Below are positions 46,674 to 57,710 of a stretch of 64,000 nt of DNA, piece by piece. Source of the stretch: Podarcis melisellensis (taxonomy: Eukaryota); assembly GCA_964234715.1 (NCBI GenBank), contig OZ174278.1; one strand, given 5' to 3'. The notes beneath the pieces are model-generated. The model saw only the letters and a list, made by a program, of their open reading frames with translations. It was not told the DNA's origin and ran no database searches. The position numbers and the translations under genes are program-made. The stretch's first letter is position 1. Each line of letters opens with the position of its first letter.

Positions 46674-47044
46674 CAGGGCAGCCCATTGTGCAGCCTAAGG
46701 GCTTGAGGCCTTTTTTGGTGGCCCTCAGCAATATTTCATGCCGTCCTGCTGTCTTCCCAAAGTGGGGCGCTGGGCTCCAGGAAGGAGGCATGAGGGCTCT
46801 GGTGGGACCCTGGAGTCCTCCTGTCTCCTTCCCAAATCCTAGTTAGTGTTTTCCCAGCTTTGGGAAGGAGCTGGAAGGCTTCAGGGCCTGACCAGAGCCT
46901 CACACCTCCTTGCCAAAGCCTGATGCCTTGCTCAGCCAGCCTTGAGAAAGCTGGGGATGGTCAAATTTGGGCCTCACCTCCCCTGCAACAAGGCAGGTTC
47001 ATTGTTGAAGTACCCCACTTGGTATGAAATGTTGGACCACCCTG
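46674..47044. mobile_element. Old hAT non-autonomous element
   Basis: CAGGG...CCCTG termini; TSD ATTT(A/G)GAT. Confidence 0.65.
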
Positions 47045-47394
47045 ATTTGGATCACTGTAAAGGAGGCATTCTGCTCAATAAATGAGAGGTATGGAAAGGT
47101 AAGCCATAGCATTTAAGGAAACCCCTGTCAGATTCAACAGAAAAGTGGCTATTGGAAGAGTATTGTTGAGGTGTGTGAGCCCCAATCACAGCTCGATGGG
47201 CGTGTAGTAGGTCAAGCTGAAGCTGTTCACTGCCTCTTCAGAGAAGAAAACCTCAGGCATTGCTCCTCTCCCCTCTTGGCATCAGTGCTCACCTGCTGCC
47301 TACAACCCGCTCCTTGCAGGAGCAGCCATGTTCTACTGATTGCAGTCTTCCCCAGGGATGAACAACACATGCACAGATAATGCCAGGATTGCAT

Positions 47395-47562
47395 AAAGCT
47401 AAAATCCACTTAGTGGGAAGATGTGAATGAGCACCGAAGAAAGCTGACCATGGTTTCTGTGTCTTCTTAAATTTGAAGAAGTGTGCATGCACACGAAAGC
47501 TCATACCAAGAACTGACTTAGTTGGTCTTTAAGGTGCTACTGGAAGGAATTTTTTTTGTTCT
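47395..47562 (+). mobile_element. Penelope-like element terminal fragment with hammerhead ribozyme relic
   Basis: TTGAAGA-A-GTGTGCATGCACAC-GAAAGCTCATACC...TTAGTTGGTCTTTAAGGTGCTACT; a related fragment lies on the minus strand at about 420-475. Confidence 0.75.
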
Positions 47563-50500
47563 TAAATTTTGTTTGCAAATGCAGAAAGCGACTTCTCTGT
47601 ACTCCCCTCACTGAAAGGCTGCTGAAATGAGTCTGTGCAAGGGATGCATCTCTTTTAATACACTCCTGTTTTCCTTGTGTTAGCAGCAGCAGACTTGCAG
47701 CCTTCTTACACCATGTGAGTATCAACTCTCTCATGGCATCTAACCCCTAATGGAAGCTTTGGGAGAGGAGAAATGCCTGTACTGCCCCTTTTCCCTCTCT
47801 TTGGCACATCACAAGACTGGCTCCAGGTTGTACCAGACACAAGCACTTCTCTCAATTGACACTTACACTGACAGGCAATGACTGGTGATTCCCCTTAGCT
47901 GGGAACGAAGTACAGGCCACATCTACATCTGAATTTCCAAGTCACTACATACTGGAATGCCAAAAGGGGTAAGTTCTGCAGAGACATATTAAAAGATCTT
48001 CCAGTCCAATTGTCTTTATGGACATCTACACTAGTGTTTCAGGTTGATAGTTTTTTGTTAGGTGTCACTACATTTTCCTACCTCTTTTCATAACGGAAAC
48101 AAATGGCAAAATAATTTGTTATTGATCTTTTGTGGAAAGCTGCAGAAAATGGGTGTTTTCAAAGTTCATATAGTTTACTGGGCAAGATACCTCTGCACTG
48201 CAAACAAACTCAAATACAAAAATGTGCTGTAATGAAGGATGCTATTCATGCAACTACTCTTTAGATCTGCGCCATTTTGTAAATGCAGCTGCTGGAAACA
48301 CCAGGCAAAGGAGAACATCTTTAGCTCCTTCACAGGTGTAATTCTTATTCCTGACTGCCCTCTAAGTAAAATAACATAAGGCAACAAAATATTTTCAAAA
48401 TGTAGAAAGCAACCTTTTCCAACAAAGAAGAATGAATAATCCTGAAAATGTTTTAGCAATAAATTGGTACTGTAGCTGCCTGGGCACTATGAAATTTTCT
48501 TTTTCAGGTGTAATACTGAACCACAGTTTAGTGCTAGATTCACCAGCAGCAGCAGCAGCAAGCCTCGGGCTCTACACTCTCCCCTTCTCTAGTGAACCGT
48601 GAGGAGAAGACTGGAAGCTTTGCCTTCTCTTTGCAGTCAAAACTGGGAGGGAACGCTGATTGGTTTAACCTGTAGTTTGTTCCAACAAGCCAGGATCAAA
48701 CTGTGGTTCGTGCTCCTATCTTGCTTGAACAAACCATAGTTTGATCTAACCAAAGTCCCCAAAGTCCGGATGCAATCAAAAGCTCTGGTTTAAAACAGAA
48801 AGCAAAAGCTTCTAATCTACTCCCCTCTTTGTGCTTGCAGGAAGAACAAAGGGAAGGCAGGACTCCTCTAACCCAAGCTGTTCACCCACACAGTCATACT
48901 GTTTGGGACTCTGACGGGCCACAGGTTCCTCATGCCTAGTTTAGCATTATGTCTGAACTAGGCCAAAGTTGGAGATCCCATAAGCATTGTTTTCTTTATA
49001 ACAGCTTCTTCTAAAGTTAAAAAGTATGTTTCGGAGGCATGCACATGCAAATCATAGCAGTAACAAAATTCATGATATTCAAAAGACTGATAAGCATACC
49101 CACCTGTAATTCAGGCACAGGTATGTTAAGCTGCAGCTGGGATGCTCAGCCTAATTTACAGTTTTTGTTATGAGAGTGAAATGCAACAATAATGTAGCTT
49201 TAAGCACCATAAAAATTAACAGAGCTTGTATGTGCACGACAGCATCACACCCAAGCTGACATAAGATTTTTCACTCTTTGTTTTTAATTATAGTTTGTAA
49301 AGTATTGGCCCATTTCAGACTTAACACCAAACACTAAACCATAGTTTAGCGTGATGTGAGCCTCACACTCACAAGCTCCTCCTCCCTTCTTTTGTGAGGA
49401 AATGATTGGAAGTTTGTGAGTCCCATTGTAAACTAACTGGAGTTTATCATTACATCTAAACTGGGGTTGTCCAAATTCTATATCGTTAATAAGGCAGGAC
49501 CATAAACCTTACTTTTCTATAGTCAAAGCTTGCATTTCTTTTGAACTCTTTAATGTATGTGCATTTATTTAACTGCACAGTGAAAACCTTCCAAAATTAT
49601 ACTAGGGGTTACATGTGGGTGGTCATTTTAAATTACTTCAAAACAATCACTCATCCATGTCTATCAATTAAATAGTGATACTGATGTTTGCCCAGGCACT
49701 GTAAACACTACAAACTTCAGAATCAAGCGTTGATTCTGTCCCTGAGAAACTATCATATCTAGTTGTGCAGTGATCCTTCTTTCCGAGAAAGAAAATATAT
49801 CCCTGCACTATTATCTGAAATTATAGATGGTGCTTGCCAGGGCTAATGCAACATGCTGAAAGATCTTCCATTTCATTTTCCGTGACTAAGTTATCTATAG
49901 CTAAGCACACTGAAGATCTCAGCAGCTACTTTGGTGACTAGGGGTTTTTCGAGTCGCGGAGGTAGCCGCTGCAATCTTTTACACATCTCTGCATCCGGTG
50001 TCATACTGCTCATGCGAGTAGACCACTCATGTGAGCAGTTAATTACAGTAATCTACCAGCTGCAATAACATGTGCATTGGCTTCAGCGTTCAAAGTGGCA
50101 AGGAAACTCTTATCTTACTAGGATTCCATTACCGATTAGAATAGCCCTCTTCAAGATTTCACACCGCACCACTAACTCTTGTTTAAGGGGGCAGAGCAGA
50201 GCCACACTCATGGGTCCTGCCTTGCCACGAGCCCCCGTTGTCCATGTACTGAGGAGGGAACACCTTGGGAAGGCAGCCTGATTGCAGAGGGAGCCCAGGA
50301 ACATACAGCAGGTTGCCCTCTCCAGCAGATGTCCACCAAAGCATGGACAGCAGGGAAAGTAGAAAATTCTCAGGAAGCCCTGTTCTCTGCCACTGCCTGA
50401 TCCCACCTGTTGCCTTTGGGTAACTGTACACAGAACACATGCTCTCCTTGCCCATGCGAATTAGCTGCAGAAAGGTATCGTCACTTTGGTTTTTTATAGC

Positions 50501-51165
50501 AGTAGCGGAAGGAGTCTGAATATTAGCAAGCAGGTTGATGTTAAGTAGGAATTTCATTCTGCTTGAGAAATGTACAGGTAAGCCATGCAAGATATACTTG
50601 AAGGACAGAGGAAGTTAATTGCAAGTACTTAACAGACTCCTAGTGAAACTGAATGCCTACTTTGTCCCTCAAGGCTCTTCTCATCAGTTCCCAAAACACC
50701 CTGTGCAAAGAGGTGTATTGCAGAACGTGCTTCAAGCTGACAGAAAACAATGGAGATGAGAACAGACTGTGTTCCATCCCAATGGGTTGTTGTGACACAT
50801 ATGAAGAAAGACCAAAAATAAGCAGTCCTGTAGATTGTTCATATTCAGTGTATTGGGTCCAGGCCTAGTCACCCTTAGATCAGACCCACTAAAATCTCCA
50901 TGGGGCTCGTGGATTTCAATGGGTCTGTTCTAAGAATGAGGGGTCTGGATCCAACCCAAAGCCTTTTGACCACACTGACATGTTTCTGAAATCCTAATGC
51001 TCTTCAGAAGTAAAATATAACCCCACGTAATATTTTTTGGGTCACAAAAGAGGTTAGAAAGTGATGGATTTGTCCAAGGGAAAGCACAATGAATGTGATC
51101 ACAAAGAAAGTGATCTCTGCTGCGGAGATTTAAAGAAACAAAACTAAACTCTCAAAATGACCTAC

Positions 51166-51319
51166 CTGTTGGAATAAACGCTGCATGTTGCTGCAACTGT
51201 GCACTAGCAAGAGCCTGTTGGTAGTGCAAGAAACTGGGATTAAAAACAGCACTGGCCCCATTGCTTTTCTCAAGGGCTTGCCTCTTTGGTAAAGTGTGAA
51301 GAACACCAGGAGGAAAGGC
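51166..51319 (-). CDS. MBNL2: MBNL2 coding exon, 154 nt
   Basis: ttgcag|GCC...ACAG|gtaggt. Translates [51 protein letters not shown] plus one base (phase 0/1). Confidence 0.96.
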
Positions 51320-51912
51320 CTGCAAATGGAATAATAAGAGTAGCAGTAGTAAGGTTGACAGAAGCTGTAATAGGTTGTTCTGCTCTTAAAATATTACATT
51401 TGGTTGAAGATGCCTTGCCATGCACATTAGTTCAAAACAGGAACAATGTCAAATGGATGGCATTTTTTTTGTTATTGATAGTAAATGCATGGCACAATTA
51501 AACTAAAATTATAGCACCACAACAATTAAACTGAAACAAAAACAGAAAAAAAGCTTCTCAAGACTGAAGGGGTTTTTAAAGAAATCCAAAGATCTTTCTT
51601 TAAATATGGCTAAAAATAGAAGAAGGAAAACAGCACTTGTCTTTCATAACATTTTTAAAAAGTTAAATATCTTTGCACCGTTAACTATATTAATTAGCAT
51701 AGAAGAAGCATCTTCAATTACAAAAGCAGGATTTAAAAAAAGCTTTTAAGGGAATATAGTTGAAGATGAAACTGTGTTAGGAAAGGCGGAAAGTTGCTTT
51801 GCAATCACTACATGTGGAAATGAAATGGCTAAAATACTGAAATTATTTTTGTAAAATTAATAATACAAGAAAATTCAGTTAACATTAAAAATTATTTTGC
51901 ATCTCGGAAAAG

Positions 51913-52205
51913 NNNNNNNNNNNNNNNNNNNNNNNNNNNNNNNNNNNNNNNNNNNNNNNNNNNNNNNNNNNNNNNNNNNNNNNNNNNNNNNNNNNNNNNN
52001 NNNNNNNNNNNNNNNNNNNNNNNNNNNNNNNNNNNNNNNNNNNNNNNNNNNNNNNNNNNNNNNNNNNNNNNNNNNNNNNNNNNNNNNNNNNNNNNNNNNN
52101 NNNNNNNNNNNNNNNNNNNNNNNNNNNNNNNNNNNNNNNNNNNNNNNNNNNNNNNNNNNNNNNNNNNNNNNNNNNNNNNNNNNNNNNNNNNNNNNNNNNN
52201 NNNNA
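51913..52205. other. N-gap (293 nt) at the expected position of the MBNL2 54-nt cassette exon
   Basis: Run of N between the 264-nt and 154-nt exons. I did not find the 54-nt exon (TQSTAKAMKRPLEATVDL-like) in the readable part of this intron. Confidence 0.75.
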
Positions 52206-54966
52206 AAGAAATGAATATTACATCTCGAATTAGTACTGAAGCAAAAAATGCATCTACTGTACCTTAGTTAAAAGCATATAAGAGAGTAAAATATAGATGT
52301 TTGAAATTTAGGAAAGTTGATTAAAACAGCAGCTTGCAGACACCCTTAAGCATTTATAAGCACCAGTAAGCTTGAATGCTACATAGGAAAGCATTATTTT
52401 AGGGGGGGAGGTGTTCCTAAAAGAATTTTTGATAAGTTAGTTATGCCATGTTAAAAAGCACAAGTTAATCTCCAAATGCTAACATTCAAATCTAAACAAC
52501 TGAAAATGTTTTTTTAAAACGATTTAATGGAATGAGCACATAAGAGGTTTACCATGTTATTAGGAACAGATCTTCTATTAGCGAAGTGTAAAATTTTAAA
52601 TCTGTTTTAATTTTAAAATCTATTTCCTTTTTTTTGGTGTATTTAGTAAATGTTATTTAGGATAATTAACTTATCAGCAAATTCAGCACGGGCCTTGTTC
52701 TTTTTCTATGCTGGGAACAACAGCTTAAAGTTTTTTTCCAGTGAACTTACCGCACAAAGCAGAGAAAAACTGCACATTATTTTGAATTAGTACTTTCTAT
52801 GTTGTTGTTTTCCACCTTTAGTCAAATAATCTATATACCAATACCAAGTTTTATTAAAACATAGTAATGGAAAACACTGCTCATTGCGAGTCAGAAGTTT
52901 TATTTTATGATCAAAGCAGAAATGGCAACGCTGCATTGTATAATATTTTAAAGACATTACGTCCTGTGTAAGAACAAAAAGCATATGAAACTGCCTTCCA
53001 CAAAGCTGTATCATTTATCCATCTACTTGTGTAGCAGTGGCTTTCCAGAGTCTCCTTTACCAGCCTTACTAATGCTGAACTGGAGGTTCTTGGGACCTCT
53101 TACGTACAAGTTTGGACCATCAATATTTCTAAGTAACAAATAGGGGTGGGCTTGACTACACTTCCAATAAATGTCTGTGAAGTTTTTCTTCTAAGCTAAA
53201 ATTCTGAACTCTCATTTACACTCTCAGCACAATAGGTTTCTCCTCTGGAGACAACGGTATTTGGGGGTCATATTTTCTTGTTGTGGCGCCACACTTGGAA
53301 CATGAAGAAAGCCTGATCTTTGCAGCATTGCCAGCACATAACCCTCCAAAGAGAATGGAGTCACTCAAAGATCATACTTATATACAAACAAAAAAAGGAA
53401 GAGGCTCTGTAGGTACCACGTTTGAGTCTCTGGGTGCTTGGAAAGGGTTGTTGATGCATTTGTACGACTGTATGTGTTTATTATTCTTAGTACTTAAGAA
53501 CGTTTTGAATGACATTTTAAGCGGCAATCAAAAAAAGTTGTGTGTGAATGTTTAGGAAACCCTCCAACCTTGCTTCTTAAGACAGCTGTCCCAGCAAGGG
53601 AGATCTATGAACAGAAACAGGCTAAGATGTAATTAGTCAATGGACATGTTGATGCACATCCGAATTTGTATTCTTGTGCTCATCTGAGTCCACTGAAATG
53701 AATGTGTCTCTTCACAGAGGTGGAAATGCATAGCCATACCACTAGCTGTTGCGTACGATTGGTTGCACATGACAAGGTGTTGATCAAGGGCAATGATGGC
53801 CACAGAAGCTAAGAAACAAGTAAGGTAGCTTCTGGGCTCCTAACCAAAGATCTAATTATGTTCTTGACCCTAAGAAGTAAAGGATATAACTGCTAGGCCA
53901 ATGATTCTGCATTCCTATAAGTCATCAATGGAACACACCATCCTTTTCAAATGTTCAGTTTGAACACTGGCTTATGTAAATTTAAAAGGAGGTGCAGTCA
54001 GAGGCATTTTCGCTTCAGAGGCATTTTCGCTCTGAGCTTTTTAAGTTAAACAAACTGCTTTTTAAGTTAAACAAACATTAGAATAACTCTGATGCTTTAA
54101 GATTATTCTGATGTGCTGCGAACATACACTGAAGTGGGAGACATCCTCCTTTCTCCCTCTAAAACATGCCTATTGCATATCAAGTCTTTGCAGAAGGTTG
54201 GCTTTCATTAAGTAAATTCTGTAGTGTGCTGTATTTCTCATACTGCATACAGTAGAAGTCTTAAATATTTGCCCAGTGCCAGGAATGAAGACAATGCCTC
54301 TTTGACCTGTGTGTGGAGTCAGCTTATCTTCCAGATAGGAAAATTCTGCTTCGACTGATACTAATTTGCTACCAATATAAAAGGTTTCAGGATGGTAGGT
54401 GCCCACATTCCAGAAGTAGTGAGAAAAATGTGAGGGCAAAACCAGCTCTTTTAGCACTTCTTTTGAACTAAAAGAAGCCACTTCTGGAAAGATACTTTCT
54501 CTAGCCATCAGCATGACATTCCTGGCAGTCTTAAAAACAGCAGCAGAGTGTGTCATGTGGTTAGCTCTGTATGCACCTGAGCACTTTCAGTGTACAGCGG
54601 GCACTTTCAGCATTCCTTTTTTTAAACTCAGCACAGTGCAATGAGCTTTATCAGAAGCCTGAGTGTACCTGCACAAACCCTTCTATGCACTTAAATGTTG
54701 TTCTTGGAACTGTGCAAAAATGCTGTGGCAAGTATTAAGCTATCCATCAACATTCTGAGATAACAGCGTGTTCTTTTAAATTTTTACTTTAAAGAAAAAT
54801 GAGGCGTCAGTTCAAACAATCATGGTGGTAAGTGATGGCATGCCGAGGACATTGAAGTCTGCCACGTCCCAGTGCAATCCCCATTTGGAAATTTTCTGTA
54901 GGAGATCTCAACCCGTAGCAATTCACAAGATGCCACACTGGTTTGTGCATGTTCACCATGTTACCT

Positions 54967-55216
54967 CCGGGAAGCAGCGTGTTTTTACATGAATAGAATG
55001 TGTCCTTTTATTTAAAATGCATCTCTGGGTTATTTGTGGGGCCTGCCTGGTGTTTTTACATGAGTAGAATGTGTGCTTTTATTTAAATTGCATTTCTGGG
55101 TTATTTGTGGGGCATAGGAATTCATTCATATATTTTTTTCAAAATATAGTCTGGCCCACCACATGGTCTGAGGGACAGTGGACCGGCCCACGGCTGAAAA
55201 AGGTTGCTGACCCCTG
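54967..55216 (+). mobile_element. hAT/Charlie-like MITE fragment, same family as 22482-22729, with a 71-bp tandem unit
   Basis: Shared internal sequence and right TIR GGTTGCTGACCCCTG; left end not recognisable. Confidence 0.85.
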
Positions 55217-55721
55217 CCCTAGATGCACATAGATTTAGGATTCTATTCTCTCCAGTCCTCAATACCCGCATATATAAAGCATTTATACTGCTTAATCAAA
55301 AAGCAACGCTTCCAGTCACTAAGAAAACAGCAAACAACTTATCAGAGACTCCTATACAGCTACATCAAGACTATGGGTCCCAGAAACCACTATGCAAATG
55401 TTAACTGCATGTTGCTGTTAGATGAGCCTATCCAAATTTCTGAACATCCAAATAGACTCCTCACCCAGCCATTCCTAAAAAACCCCGTCCTAAATGATGG
55501 CAAATAGGGCATGAAGTACGCTGTTCTCCAAAAAGATGCCTATTGTGCTAAAGGTACAAAGTGAAAAAGGACCTTGGATCACTGGATTATTTCATTAGAT
55601 CAGCATTCATAAATTAATAGAAGACCATATTCTGGTAAAGGCTTTAAGCTAAATTAGACTCTTAAAAGCAATGCTGGCTTCACAAAAGCGGTAATTACGG
55701 ATCCTGCATTCTTGCACTTAC

Positions 55722-55985
55722 CATCACTGTAGCAGCTGCAGCGGCTGCCTGAGCTGCCACTGCAGCCTGGTTGGCTTGGTGCTGAGCAGCTTTGATTTTG
55801 GCCTGCAAGTGAGCAGGAGGGTGAAAATATTTGCATTTCTCCCTCATGCAGCGCCCCTTTATGTAATCCATACAAACAGTTACGGTGTTGTCATTTGTAT
55901 CAATCATTGTGCTGTCTGCAGGATGTGCAAAGCGGCAGTCAGTTTCGCCCCGTGCACAGTTTCCTCGCTGGAACTCCCTGCAAAC
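55722..55985 (-). CDS. MBNL2: MBNL2 coding exon, 264 nt (CCCH zinc fingers 3 and 4, Ala-rich tract)
   Basis: accag|GTT...ATG|gtaagt. Translates [22 protein letters not shown]...[52 protein letters not shown] (ORF 55695..56015). Confidence 0.98.
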
Positions 55986-57429
55986 CTGGTGCGCAAAACA
56001 ATACTCATTATGCATACTAGATCAGGAGGGGCGGGGTGGGGTAGTTGCATATACGGAACAAGAGAAGACATTCAAAAATGGAACTCCCAAAGGCTCGAGA
56101 CCAAACGGCCTCCGGTGCTTTTCAAACCAAACTTCCAACTTCAACCTACAACCGCTCTGCAACTTATGTATCTTCAGGCACACAGGTCTGGATCATAAGA
56201 TAACTTAAGGCAATGAAGTTCATTGAAGGAATGCTTCCTGTCTCCTCCTTCCCCCTTCAGCCACCTGCTTCCCCTGAAAAGCCTTCCTTCTCTAGAAGCC
56301 AGTTTAAATAATGTGGCCTGGTGGCCCCTGGGGAAGAGGGGAATTGGCTAAAACGGGACTTGAATGCTAGGGTAAGTTATCAGAAGGAAGTTCACAGAAG
56401 GAAAATGTCTCATTCCTTCTTTTCACCCAGCCCGCAGCCGCTATCTTACATTGTTCAGGAGGACCTTTCAGAGTAGAAGCCCAGGGGGCTGCAAGAGAGA
56501 CAGGTGACTTTCCTTCCCTGAACATTTTAAGTTAACTTATCTCAGGATCCACGCCATGCCCTCTCGCTTCAGATTAGCCCTTTCCCCATTTCCATCTCTG
56601 TTACATTGCCCTTTCCTCTTTCGCTGCAGGATACTTTTCCTGCCATTGGCTCACCCCAACTTAGCGAAACTCACAACCCGCAAGATGAAGACCAGCAGCC
56701 TACATTTTCCTTGTACCTGCCTGCAATCACCTTTGAGGCATTAGGAGAATAAGGTATTTTAACCCTTAAAGCTTTCTCACAAATCTATAAAGTCGCCTAA
56801 GTGTGGTTAGAGATGTACGTGCACCTTCAAAAACACAAGCAAATCTTGCTCTTCTGCCCCTTGTTTATAGTGTCAGCAGAGCTGGTTAGTGGTAGGGGTC
56901 ATACAGCAGCCGTATTGTCTGCCATCAGGAAGAGAGCAAAATGATGGAACCCTCATTTCCAACTTAGCATAGAGCACTCCTGCTATCCCTCTGGGCCATT
57001 TTGTGCTAGTTTTCATATGTTACAAGGTTGGGATAGTAGCTCAGCTTTCCCAAAACACATTGTTTTCTTTTCATTCAAACTGGTAGGTAACTTAGGACAA
57101 GCAAACAATTGTGCATGTTTAGTTGGTAACAGACCTATAAATAGCTGGTGCGCAGAGTCTCTCCCTGGGTTTATGTTCTGGATTTATTAGGTCCTTTCCG
57201 TGTAAAACTGCTAACAGCCTCAAACCCACGCCATATAAAAACACAGTAGCGGTAATATAATGATGTAATTACTCCTGTTACTCTGAGCTGATCTCTCCTG
57301 TAGTATCTGTAATGCCTCTGCTCAGCGGTAACTAAGGTTAGGGAACTGCTTCACTGCGCTGACACCCCCCCCATTTTCCCAGAATCCTAACATACGAAGT
57401 ACACATCAGCATAATGGTGCTCACCATAC

Positions 57430-57630
57430 CTCTAGCTTATCGGTCCTGAGGAGTTTCTGGGTCGTGGTTGAACCAGGGACTGAGACAGGGGGGCTTCCAG
57501 GAACAATGACAGGCTGCGTGGGGACAATTTCAGTAGGAACTAATCCAACCCCAGGAGTGACGGGTGTTAAATATGGTGCAAAGCTAAGTGCTGTGTTGGA
57601 TCCTATTGTTGGCCCTACAGGAAATGAGTG
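57430..57630 (-). CDS. MBNL2: MBNL2 coding exon, 201 nt (Pro-rich linker)
   Basis: cctcag|CAC...GAG|gtatgg. Translates [67 protein letters not shown]; lies inside ORF 57421..57738; phase 0/0. Confidence 0.97.
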
Positions 57631-57645
57631 CTGAGGAAAGGGAGG

Positions 57646-57650
<5 letters not shown>

Positions 57651-57706
<56 letters not shown>
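57651..57706. repeat. (AG)28 microsatellite forming the polypyrimidine tract of the 201-nt exon
   Basis: Direct reading; ends 20 nt before the exon start on the sense strand. Confidence 0.97.

Positions 57707-57710
<4 letters not shown>

Noticed and set aside
50005-50039. 15-bp imperfect hairpin ACTGCTCATGCGAGT / ACTCATGTGAGCAGT
   Set aside because: Short, and it pairs better on the non-transcribed strand; likely an old repeat remnant and not supportable as an ncRNA.
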